This document shows positions 34,827 through 42,479 of a stretch of 42,479 nt of DNA, piece after piece. The DNA lies in the IMG/VR virus record IMGVR_UViG_3300048576_000489, positions 1-42,479 of that record; one strand, 5' to 3'. The stretch comes from a virus. Lineage: Duplodnaviria > Caudoviricetes. Positions within the stretch are counted from its first letter, which is position 1. Every line of letters starts with the position of its first letter. Position numbers and translations under genes: made by a program. The notes under the pieces are model-generated. The model saw nothing but the letters and a program-made list of their open reading frames with translations, did not search any database and was not told the origin of the DNA.

Positions 34827-35156
34827 TCAGCCTCCTTGTTTTGCGCCCCGCACAGGGCAGTTTGAACAGGTTTTGAACAGGCGCAGGGTCTCCGGGCTGC
34901 CTGCCCGCAGGCCGATGCGTCTGGCGCGTGACTGATTGTCGGCGCAGGCCGCCGCGTCGATCTCGCCGAGCACCGGGCAGGCGACCGTTTGGCCGCCGTA
35001 CACGGCCAAAACCCGGGCCTGGATGCGATCCGTCGAGGCCGGGTACTTGCCGTTGGCCACCATGGAGATGGTGGACTTGGCCGTACCCAGGGCCTTGGCC
35101 ACGGCAGGCAGCCCCAGGGCCGCCACGCGGTCGCGCAGGATGTCCAGCCAGTCCAT
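34827..35156 (-). CDS. HTH + Cys-cluster early protein
   Basis: VAKALGTAKSTISMVANGKY...CPVLGEI...C...CSNC. Confidence 0.75.
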   Translation of the reverse strand: MDWLDILRDRVAALGLPAVAKALGTAKSTISMVANGKYPASTDRIQARVLAVYGGQTVACPVLGEIDAAACADNQSRARRIGLRAGSPETLRLFKTCSNCPVRGAKQGG

Positions 35157-35704
35157 CAGGCGCCTCCCTGGGCCACATGGTCTGCGGTTTCCGGCCGCCT
35201 CGCCCCGGCGTCACGGGCGAGCACCCAGATCTTCTCCAGGCCGTCCTTTCCGGACTGACGCACATAGCCGTGCGCGAGCAGGCACAGCAGGTACTCCCGG
35301 CACGTGTCCGACCCGCAGCCGGTCAGTCGCGCCAGATGGGAGATCGTTGCCTGACGCACGGCGCGCAGGGTGCTCCACAGCTTGTCCCGGCAAGTGAAGC
35401 GGCTTTTGGCCTGGTGCGCCCGATGCAGGCGGATATCCCGCACCACGTCGTAGGTGGGATTGCGGCGCTTCGGCCCGTAGACCTCGCCCATTTGGTCGGC
35501 CTGGACGCGCTCATCTGTCGCCAGGGCCAAAAAACCCTCCCGGACCAGCCGGTCCAACACGCGCATGACCGGCCGTCTGGGGCAGTCCGAGACCTCGACC
35601 ACCTCGGCAAGAGCCACGCGGCAGGGCCGGAATCTCCCGTCCACGACGGTCCGTGAGGCGAGAAATACCCGCACCACGGCCAGGATTTTTGTTGCGGCGG
35701 CCAT
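35156..35704 (-). CDS. Winged-helix-like early protein
   Basis: LWSTLRAVRQATISHLARLTG...YLLCLLAHGYV; follows MuB. Confidence 0.68.
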   Translation of the reverse strand: MAAATKILAVVRVFLASRTVVDGRFRPCRVALAEVVEVSDCPRRPVMRVLDRLVREGFLALATDERVQADQMGEVYGPKRRNPTYDVVRDIRLHRAHQAKSRFTCRDKLWSTLRAVRQATISHLARLTGCGSDTCREYLLCLLAHGYVRQSGKDGLEKIWVLARDAGARRPETADHVAQGGA

Positions 35705-35706
35705 GA

Positions 35707-36402
35707 TCAGGCCGCCCGCGCCTTGAGATGCTCGGCCGTGACCACATCCGTCTTTTTAGCCCGGGCCACGGCCTCGCAGGCCTGGGCCCAGCGGTAGAGG
35801 CTGGCCGTGGTGGTGGTCTTGGCCGAGGCGGTGATGGCCGCCACGGCCGAATCGTCCACCGTCGCCTCGCAGATCTGGTCCATCACCAGCCGCACATCGG
35901 CCTCGGCCAGCCCGTGGTAGGGCACGATCTGCGAGATACGCCGCCACAGCGCCGGGAACCGCTTGAGCTTCTCCGGGGCCCAGGGCATGCCCACAAGGAT
36001 GATCGGCGTCCCGGCCATGTCGCCGATGTCCCGGATGGTCTCCACCAGGGTCCGCTTGTCGGCCACGTAGTCGATCTCGTCGAAGATGAGCGCCCGATTC
36101 GTGCCGATCAGCTCGCCGACCACCTGATGGAAAAGGTCGCTGGTGCGCTTTTCGGGCACGAGCCCAAGCTCCACCACGATTTCCTCAAGCAACCACCGCA
36201 CTCCCATGGCCTTCTTGATGCGGATGAATGCGCTCTGGGGCGACATGGTGTTCTTCCACCATAGGTTGGTCTCGGTCTTGCCCAGGCCCACCTCGCCATG
36301 GACCAGCATGAACTTGTCGATGCCCGGAGGGCTGGCCAGCATCCTGTTGACCGCGACAAGGTACCGCTGCACGTTTTGCGTCTCGGCAAACTGCTTTTTC
36401 AC
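35707..36402 (-). CDS. MuB-like AAA+ transposition ATPase
   Basis: Walker A GEVGLGKT, Walker B LIFDE, IRDIGD...IILVGM; GTG start. Confidence 0.9.
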   Translation of the reverse strand: MKKQFAETQNVQRYLVAVNRMLASPPGIDKFMLVHGEVGLGKTETNLWWKNTMSPQSAFIRIKKAMGVRWLLEEIVVELGLVPEKRTSDLFHQVVGELIGTNRALIFDEIDYVADKRTLVETIRDIGDMAGTPIILVGMPWAPEKLKRFPALWRRISQIVPYHGLAEADVRLVMDQICEATVDDSAVAAITASAKTTTTASLYRWAQACEAVARAKKTDVVTAEHLKARAA

Positions 36403-36406
36403 CGCG

Positions 36407-38488
36407 TTATCTCCCTGTTTTTGCGCGCTGTTGCTGGTAGGCCAGCTCCGCGCCGAGTTCCTCGGTCGAGAAATAGTCCAGATTGGTGGGGTCGATGAGC
36501 GGCCCGGGGCCGGTCGGAACCGGCGGAGTGGGCTCGGAAAAATCGGGAATGTCAGGTTCGTCCGGCGTGTGGGCGGCCTCGATGGCCTCAAGAGACTCGG
36601 GCAGGCGCGGGCTGCCGGTCTCGGCCAGCTCCGCCACGGGCAGGATGTCCCGCGCCTCGGCGATGAGTCCGGCCTTGGCCAGCTTGCGGACGGTCTTCTT
36701 GGTGCTTTTCTTGAGGCTCTCGTGCGTCGCCAGGGTCGCCTTGAAGTCGGAATAACCCTCGGCGTCCTTGCCCCCGATCAACTTGAACATGGGATGCACG
36801 GCCCCCTGGCGCTTGGCCATGCACAGATAGGAACCGTCCAGGCGGTAGACGAAGACCTGCCGCAGATCGTGCCAGTCGTAGCGGATGAGCACCTTGTCCC
36901 GCAGGCCGTACAGGGCCTCGTCAAAATATTCGCCGCCGAACCGTTTGATGCCGTTGTTGTGCAGGTTCGCCACCTCCTCGTGCATCATGAGGTAGCGGAT
37001 GCTGGCGTGGTCCAGACCCTGGCCGCGCCCGGCCGCAAACACCTCGCCCGGGCATTTACCGCCCAGCCCGGAATGGGGCTTGATGCGATAAAAGCTGTTC
37101 AACCAGGATTCAAAAAGCCCGGAGGCCTCGTCCATGGAAAGCAGCGCCTCGGGCTCGATCTCCTGCATGAATTTTTCGTTGCGCCGCATCCTGGCCGGTT
37201 TGGCCGCGATGGAGCCGCCGCAGTAACTGGACACGGCCTTTTCAAAAGAGAGCCCGGCGGTTTTGAAGAACGATTCAATGGGCTTTGAACGGGCGCTGTA
37301 GGCCTTGGGGAAGTGGCACATGATGCCCAGGCGGCCGTACAGCCCGGCCATGCCGGAGGTGGTCAGGTCGATCTTGCTCTCGACGAATACCTTGTTTTTG
37401 AAGGCCTTGCCGTTGTCCGGCATGACCACCCGGGGTAGTTTCCCCAGGCGGATGATCGAGCGGTACAGGGCCAGATGCACGGCGCACAGGTCTTCCTCCA
37501 GCATGATCGAGAACCCGGCGATGTCGCGCGAGGCCCAATCCTCGAAGGCCACCAACGTCGCTCGGCAGGGGCGGCCGTGCAGGGGATGCCTGACGCGAAA
37601 ATTGAGTCTGTGCCCGTCCGCGATGAGTACGTCGCCGACCGTGAGCAACCCGGCGTCGCGTCGCAGAAAGGGCGCGATCTTGTCGGTCAGGGCCTTCTCG
37701 CCCTCCCGGGCCAGGGTCCAGACGTCGGCGTGTTCGCGGCGGAAGGCCTCGACCCAGTTGCGTAGCGTCGAGGGGGATGACGGCGAGGAGATGCCCTGGC
37801 GCTCCAGGTCCATCTTCATGAGGGTGATGGCCGTGCCGATCTTGAACTGGCTCTGCGACAGAAGCAGCGCCAAAAGCCGTTCCTCCTCGGCAGCGGTGAC
37901 CTTGCACGCCCCCTTCCGATGCAGGCCGTAGCGCGGGGCGATGGCCGCGCAATCGTAGTCCGCGCGCCGCAACCCCACGGCCCAGCGCTCCAGGCTTTGC
38001 CAGCTCGTCGGGCCGAGCTGCTCGCGGATGGTCGGGCAGATTTGGCCGCTGTTGTAGCCGAGGGCGAACGCCTCGCGGCACTTGGCCAGCGGCTTGCCGT
38101 GCTTGCGGCCCCAGGCCTTGGCGTCGAGGTAGGCCCGGACCAGGTCCGCCTTAAGCGCCGCCTTGCCAAGCGCCGCCGGAGGGAGGGCGGGATCCGGCGG
38201 CGCGACGGCAAGGGGTGAGGGCGAAACAGGGGCGGACACGGTGGAGGGCGCTTTGCCGCCCTGGATGATCCCCAGGGCGGGGCGGGAAATCTGTCTGGCC
38301 AAGGCGATGCGCACCGGTTCCGGCAGGGATGCGACGTGGTAGGCCTTGCCGCCTCCCCGCCCCGGCCGCCTTTCGTGCGGCCACTGCTCCCGTTCGGCGC
38401 GGCGTTGTATTGAGCGCTCCGTGACGCCCAACGCCTCCGCGATCTGTTTTACCGTTGCAGTGTCTTTCATGCTGGGCAACGGCATCAC
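36407..38488 (-). CDS. MuA-like DDE transposase
   Basis: N-terminal HTH; DDE motifs IADGH, PDNGKAF and SKPIESFF; Mu C-terminal IRYDWHDL. Confidence 0.93.
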   Translation of the reverse strand: MMPLPSMKDTATVKQIAEALGVTERSIQRRAEREQWPHERRPGRGGGKAYHVASLPEPVRIALARQISRPALGIIQGGKAPSTVSAPVSPSPLAVAPPDPALPPAALGKAALKADLVRAYLDAKAWGRKHGKPLAKCREAFALGYNSGQICPTIREQLGPTSWQSLERWAVGLRRADYDCAAIAPRYGLHRKGACKVTAAEEERLLALLLSQSQFKIGTAITLMKMDLERQGISSPSSPSTLRNWVEAFRREHADVWTLAREGEKALTDKIAPFLRRDAGLLTVGDVLIADGHRLNFRVRHPLHGRPCRATLVAFEDWASRDIAGFSIMLEEDLCAVHLALYRSIIRLGKLPRVVMPDNGKAFKNKVFVESKIDLTTSGMAGLYGRLGIMCHFPKAYSARSKPIESFFKTAGLSFEKAVSSYCGGSIAAKPARMRRNEKFMQEIEPEALLSMDEASGLFESWLNSFYRIKPHSGLGGKCPGEVFAAGRGQGLDHASIRYLMMHEEVANLHNNGIKRFGGEYFDEALYGLRDKVLIRYDWHDLRQVFVYRLDGSYLCMAKRQGAVHPMFKLIGGKDAEGYSDFKATLATHESLKKSTKKTVRKLAKAGLIAEARDILPVAELAETGSPRLPESLEAIEAAHTPDEPDIPDFSEPTPPVPTGPGPLIDPTNLDYFSTEELGAELAYQQQRAKTGR

Positions 38489-38709
38489 GCCGCCTCCTTC
38501 CCCCGCATGTCTTCCGGCAACGCCAAAAGCCGCCTGGGCACACCAAGGGTGACCAGCGCCCGTAACACCTTCCGGTTATTGGCTCCGCCGCTGATAGTGC
38601 GGCTGGCCAGCGGCCGGGACACCCCGGCTAGGGCCGCCACGTCCGCGATGGACCGCCCACGCCGGAGCAAGTCCACTCTGATCTCCAGTCCGTTTCGTTT
38701 CGCGTCCAT
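38485..38709 (-). CDS. Ner/Cro-like DNA-binding protein
   Basis: IRVDLLRRGRSIADVAALAGVSRPLASRTISG; immediately upstream of the transposase. Confidence 0.75.
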   Translation of the reverse strand: MDAKRNGLEIRVDLLRRGRSIADVAALAGVSRPLASRTISGGANNRKVLRALVTLGVPRRLLALPEDMRGKEAA

Positions 38710-39123
38710 CTATAGCTCCTGCTCCAGCCGCCGCTTTTGGCGCTTCAAATTCTGGATCTCGCGATCCAGTTTGGCGGCCTGGAGGATCTTCAGATCATCG
38801 CCGCCAACCAGTTCAAACCCCTGGATGCCTGCCGCAACCCGGATCGGTTCCGGGTCGCCCGTGGCCGCGACAAACGCCTGCACGGCGTTGAGGCCGGGGA
38901 CGTAGTCCCGTTCCAGCGGATTCAGCCATTTTTCAAAGACGTCCACACTCAAGGTCCGGGCATTCCGGTTCAGGCGATATCCCCCCAGGGCCGCGATCTC
39001 GTTCATCCGGTCCACGATCTTCTCCCGGGACATGCCGCATCGCTTGGCGACCCTGTGCATGGCCGCCTTGATGAGGGGTTCCGTGTCCGGAACCTGACCT
39101 TCGAAGAGAGATATCTGCCGCAT
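38710..39123 (-). CDS. CII-like phage regulatory protein
   Basis: MRQISLF...GMSREKIVDRMN...EKWLNP; first gene of the early operon. Confidence 0.65.
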   Translation of the reverse strand: MRQISLFEGQVPDTEPLIKAAMHRVAKRCGMSREKIVDRMNEIAALGGYRLNRNARTLSVDVFEKWLNPLERDYVPGLNAVQAFVAATGDPEPIRVAAGIQGFELVGGDDLKILQAAKLDREIQNLKRQKRRLEQEL

Positions 39124-39223
39124 CCGGTTTTTCTGGCTCTTCGGACATTGACCCCGGGCCATGCCTCGGGGTAATTTCCGGCGTAAGTTGACGTTCGTAA
39201 CTGCTTTAAGCGGTAGATAATGC

Positions 39224-39253
39224 CTAAAAAGGGTTAAAGTCAACCCTTTTTAG
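39224..39253. promoter_or_regulatory. Operator-like perfect inverted repeat in the immunity region
   Basis: CTAAAAAGGGTT-N6-AACCCTTTTTAG overlapping a minus-strand TTGACT. Confidence 0.7.
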
Positions 39254-39373
39254 CTGTCGATGTTTGTCGTGATGCATAAAAATGCATCCTCCTGTAATAT
39301 AAAGATATCCCCCCTTGGCCGCTGTCGGAGTTCTTTGTCGGAGTTAACCCCCGAACGGCGACACCCGGAAAAC

Positions 39374-40072
39374 ATGAACATCGGCGAAAGAATACGCACC
39401 CTTCGGGGCGACAAGACCCAGTCTGATTTCGCAGAACTGACAAAAATCCCAAAGAACACATTGGGGCGTTACGAACGTGGCGAGATAGTCCCAGGCGGCG
39501 AAGCCATAACCTTATTGTGCAAAAACCTTGATGTTGACCCCAATTGGCTACTTTTTGGCGATGGCCCCATACGGCGTAGCGGCGCCGCTGAGAAGATCAG
39601 CCCCGTCCCGGCCGATGAACCGTCATGGATGAGTCCTGAGACCGCGCCAGCCATGGGATACACCCTCATTCCCAAGGTGAAGGCACGGCTCTGTGCCGGA
39701 ACAGGAAGCCTGGAAACGTCTGGTGATGTGGTCGGTCTCTATGCGTTCAAGACAGAATTCCTGAAACGAAAAGGGCGGGCCAGAAAGATGGTCTTGATGG
39801 ACGTAACTGGCGACAGCATGGAGCCTGATGTCTGGAGCGGTGATACGGTATTGATTGATGAGAGCCAGCGGGAGATTATCCCTGGTGGGCTGTTTGCTAT
39901 CGGACTAGAGAGCGAGGTTTTTGTAAAGTACCTGGATCGCATTCCTGGCAAGCTGGTCCTACGGAGTAAAAATTCTGCTTATCCTCCAATCGAGGTTGAT
40001 ATAAACGGCCATGTCGAGGCAGTCCGGATCATCGGGAGGGTGGTTTGGAGCTGTCGGGAATACGTGCGGTAA
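39374..40072 (+). CDS. cI-like repressor (XRE HTH + S24 peptidase)
   Basis: N-terminal HTH; CAGTG cleavage region; VTGDSMEP (Ser) and VFVKYL (Lys). Confidence 0.93.
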   Translation: MNIGERIRTLRGDKTQSDFAELTKIPKNTLGRYERGEIVPGGEAITLLCKNLDVDPNWLLFGDGPIRRSGAAEKISPVPADEPSWMSPETAPAMGYTLIPKVKARLCAGTGSLETSGDVVGLYAFKTEFLKRKGRARKMVLMDVTGDSMEPDVWSGDTVLIDESQREIIPGGLFAIGLESEVFVKYLDRIPGKLVLRSKNSAYPPIEVDINGHVEAVRIIGRVVWSCREYVR

Positions 40073-40074
40073 GA

Positions 40075-40230
40075 TTCTCATCATATCCTGAAGAAACCCG
40101 GCAAAACAGGCAAAAATTCTCAAATCTTTCGCACGCCTAATGCGCCCCCAAAATGCACGTCCCGCGCGGCTTCCCGGGCGTTGCCTCGCCATTGCCCCTT
40201 CTCATTCTTTCCTGAAAAAATTATCCGTCA
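40075..40230. repeat. Candidate transposase-binding repeats and left end of the prophage
   Basis: TTCTCATCATATCCTGAAGAAA (40075-40096) and TTCTCATTCTTTCCTGAAAAAA (40199-40220) match 18/22; partial copy at 40117; CA at 40229-40230. Confidence 0.6.
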
Positions 40231-40688
40231 GCATCCCTCCGCAACCGCCGGGCGACGACGTAGCAAACCAGCCCAAAGCCCCTCAAAGACCCTTCGCACG
40301 TCGGTTCCGCACGCACATATCCCGCTCGCCCCCTCGGCGCCGGGGCGGTGCATGGAGTCCGCCCAAGCAGAAGGCCCTCCAAGAAGGTCAGCACGCTCAT
40401 GCGCATAGCTGCATTTTCGCTTCCGCCGTCTCCAGCGCAGGCCTTCATCCCCCTGCCAGCCTTGACGCTTTCCACAAATAGATGCTATACTTACCACCAA
40501 GAACGAAAAACAAAGCTCTCAGCCGTTCTAAAGCGGCGTTTCCGTTGACATCCCCAGATCAGGGCAGGCTAATCGTGAGAACATGCCTTTGTCACAAAAG
40601 AGTATGTATCTATTTCAATATGTTCAATTGACCTATTCGTCCGAACAAACCTCTGCGCTATAACAACCAGAAACGACGCGAGGCCGCC

Positions 40689-42479
40689 ATGAAACGAATT
40701 ATCTTCATTGCAACTGCTACGATAATAGCCTTGGCTGCGCCATTACTATTTGTTCACGCTGAACAACTTCCGCAAGGGTCAATCTTCCCGTTCTCAATCC
40801 CTACGGTCATGCACGAGTATGGCCTTCTGCAAAATAAGACCAACTCCGAAGAGGCGACCAATCTATACGCGCCATTCATTGTCCCTGGAACGAATCAAAA
40901 TACGTGCTACGACAATACTTCAGCTCTTGCATCATGCCCCAACGCATCGGATGACTTTTTTGGTCAAGACGCCACCTACGACAAGTCACCGATATTTTTC
41001 ATGACCACCACGTACCAGGGAGCTGCCGCAATCATGGATAGTCTGATCCGGGTTTGGAGCCTCCCGGATACGCAACGGACATGGAGCGACGCCAACTCGT
41101 ATTGCAGCGCCAAGGATCCATCATACAATACATGGCGCCTGCCAACCCTGCTGGAGCTCTCCCAAATCGTGGACGCCGCGAAAAGCGCCCCTGCCGTGGA
41201 CACCACATTTTTCACCGATATGCAGTCAGCCAGCTATTGGACCTCCGACGCCGCTGGCGCAGGAACCGCCTGGACGGTCAACTTCGCCGACGGATCAACC
41301 ACCCCCCTGTCCCAGGCCGCTGTCGCCCACACCATCTGCACCCAATCGTACGGCATATATTCCGGGACGTACCTGGACTACGGGGATGGCGCCATCGCCG
41401 ACACCCGCACCAACACCATGTGGCAGAAAAGCGATTTTCCGGCCGCCTCCTGGGAAAGCGCCCTGGCCCAGTGCGAACAAAGCCAGGTCGGAGGGTACAC
41501 GGACTGGCGCCTGCCGACAAAAAACGACCTGCAAACCGTCATCGATCCTGCGTCCGCCTCCTTATGGCCCACGGTCTTTTCCTCCCACGCCGGATCATAC
41601 TGGTCGAGCACCACGCGAAACGACGCCCCCGCCTCGGCCTGGGTCGTCCTCTCGGATAAGCAGACCGCCGCCGCCGCCAAAACCGCCTCGAATTATTTCC
41701 GCTGCGCCAGACGCATGGCCCAACTCCCGGTCGGCTCGGTACAGACGCTGATGAGCGGCTCCTGGACCGCCACGGTGAACGGCGCTGCGGTCACCGCAAA
41801 AATCGTCAATGTGCCCTTCTATAGCAAGGGCGTCATGGGGAGCCTGATTCTTGGCGGCATGTCCGGCGAGGTGACCGTCGCTGCGAGTCCGTCCTATTCC
41901 TATCACCCCACCGGAAATTCCTCGAGTTCGACGACGGGGGCCAATGTCGCGTTCACGCATGGCAGCAATGAAAACGGCCTCATGGTTTTCCTGGGCGCCT
42001 CCGCCGGGCAAAGCCTGACCGGTGAGATCCGCAATTACCTTCAGGAGGTGCAGGCCAGCGTCTCAGCCGCCAGGACCGCCAAGAGCGCCACCCAGCAGGA
42101 CTACGCCATCAGCGGCTTGTGGACGGGCGACGTCATGGGCGAGACCGTCGCCGCCGACCTTCGGGCGGCGACCTACACGTCGGGCGGCCAGACCGTGGCC
42201 TATTTCAACGGTTATCTGTCAGTGCCGTATGACGACGAGATATCCGGGTATCCCTTCACCGGATTCATGGAAAGCGATGGTTCGGTCTTTATGGTCCGCA
42301 ACGCCATCAACAACGTCTACATCTTCGAAGGCGCCCGCAGCGGCGACACCATCACCGGCGCCCTGCGCAACTATGACCAGATCCTGGCGTCAAACCTCAC
42401 GTTCACCAGGGTCGCCGGTTCCGATCTCATCGTAAGCGCCGTCTCCTCCTTCGTTCCGCTTCTCCTGTTCGATGAGTAG
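40689..42479 (+). CDS. Host secreted protein with two DUF1566 (Lcl C-terminal) domains
   Basis: Signal peptide; two repeats of W..A..C...WRLPT..(E/D)L...YW(T/S)S; hydrophobic C-terminal tail. Confidence 0.85.
   Translation: MKRIIFIATATIIALAAPLLFVHAEQLPQGSIFPFSIPTVMHEYGLLQNKTNSEEATNLYAPFIVPGTNQNTCYDNTSALASCPNASDDFFGQDATYDKSPIFFMTTTYQGAAAIMDSLIRVWSLPDTQRTWSDANSYCSAKDPSYNTWRLPTLLELSQIVDAAKSAPAVDTTFFTDMQSASYWTSDAAGAGTAWTVNFADGSTTPLSQAAVAHTICTQSYGIYSGTYLDYGDGAIADTRTNTMWQKSDFPAASWESALAQCEQSQVGGYTDWRLPTKNDLQTVIDPASASLWPTVFSSHAGSYWSSTTRNDAPASAWVVLSDKQTAAAAKTASNYFRCARRMAQLPVGSVQTLMSGSWTATVNGAAVTAKIVNVPFYSKGVMGSLILGGMSGEVTVAASPSYSYHPTGNSSSSTTGANVAFTHGSNENGLMVFLGASAGQSLTGEIRNYLQEVQASVSAARTAKSATQQDYAISGLWTGDVMGETVAADLRAATYTSGGQTVAYFNGYLSVPYDDEISGYPFTGFMESDGSVFMVRNAINNVYIFEGARSGDTITGALRNYDQILASNLTFTRVAGSDLIVSAVSSFVPLLLFDE

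Larger units (their letters stand above)
1..40230 (-). mobile_element. Mu-like transposable prophage with P2-like contractile tail (right end outside window)
   Basis: Contiguous repressor, DDE transposase, AAA ATPase, GemA, Mor, DUF935 portal, MuF, gp36/gp37 and tail genes. The boundary at 40230 is inferred from 22-bp repeats and a terminal CA. Confidence 0.93.

Noticed and set aside
40140-40548. Short ORFs between the repressor and the host gene
   Set aside because: Mutually overlapping, with no RBS or motif support; more likely phage end plus host intergenic DNA
40541-40555. Alternative prophage end at ...GTTGACA 40550
   Set aside because: No repeated binding sites next to it; the 22-bp repeats point to ~40230. 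Not fully excluded.
1-42479. CRISPR array, tRNA or rRNA genes
   Set aside because: No regularly spaced repeat-spacer units or canonical tRNA/rRNA signatures noticed by eye

Overview
Bases ~1-40230 are a nearly complete Mu-like (transposable) prophage, oriented mostly on the minus strand. Reading from the right: a candidate left end with 22-bp repeats (~40075-40230), a cI-like repressor, early genes (CII-like, Ner-like, MuA transposase, MuB ATPase, DUF3164, GemA, Mor) and an accessory region (DUF4145, secreted thermonuclease, Ada-type Zn protein, XRE + ImmA + small peptide + DUF2188). These are followed by an inverted plus-strand packaging operon (terminase, DUF935 portal, MuF with a C-terminal nuclease-like extension, gpG), lysis genes, head genes and a P2-like contractile tail with two fibre modules. 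The phage right end lies outside the window. A probable host DUF1566 surface-protein gene closes the window; a Desulfovibrionaceae-like host is an inference only. The best findings not shown by the ORF track are: (1) a complete type II hammerhead ribozyme in the early operon (33811-33870, minus); (2) a cassette flanked by 30-bp direct repeats that carries XRE, ImmA, an unannotated 26-aa Arg/Val peptide, a consensus antisense promoter with a candidate sRNA, and DUF2188; (3) a structured RNA-like element where an immunity gene would be expected after the MuF toxin domain; (4) a -1 frameshift site in the tail chaperone and a nested scaffold start. All family calls come from recognising motifs by eye; no searches were run.
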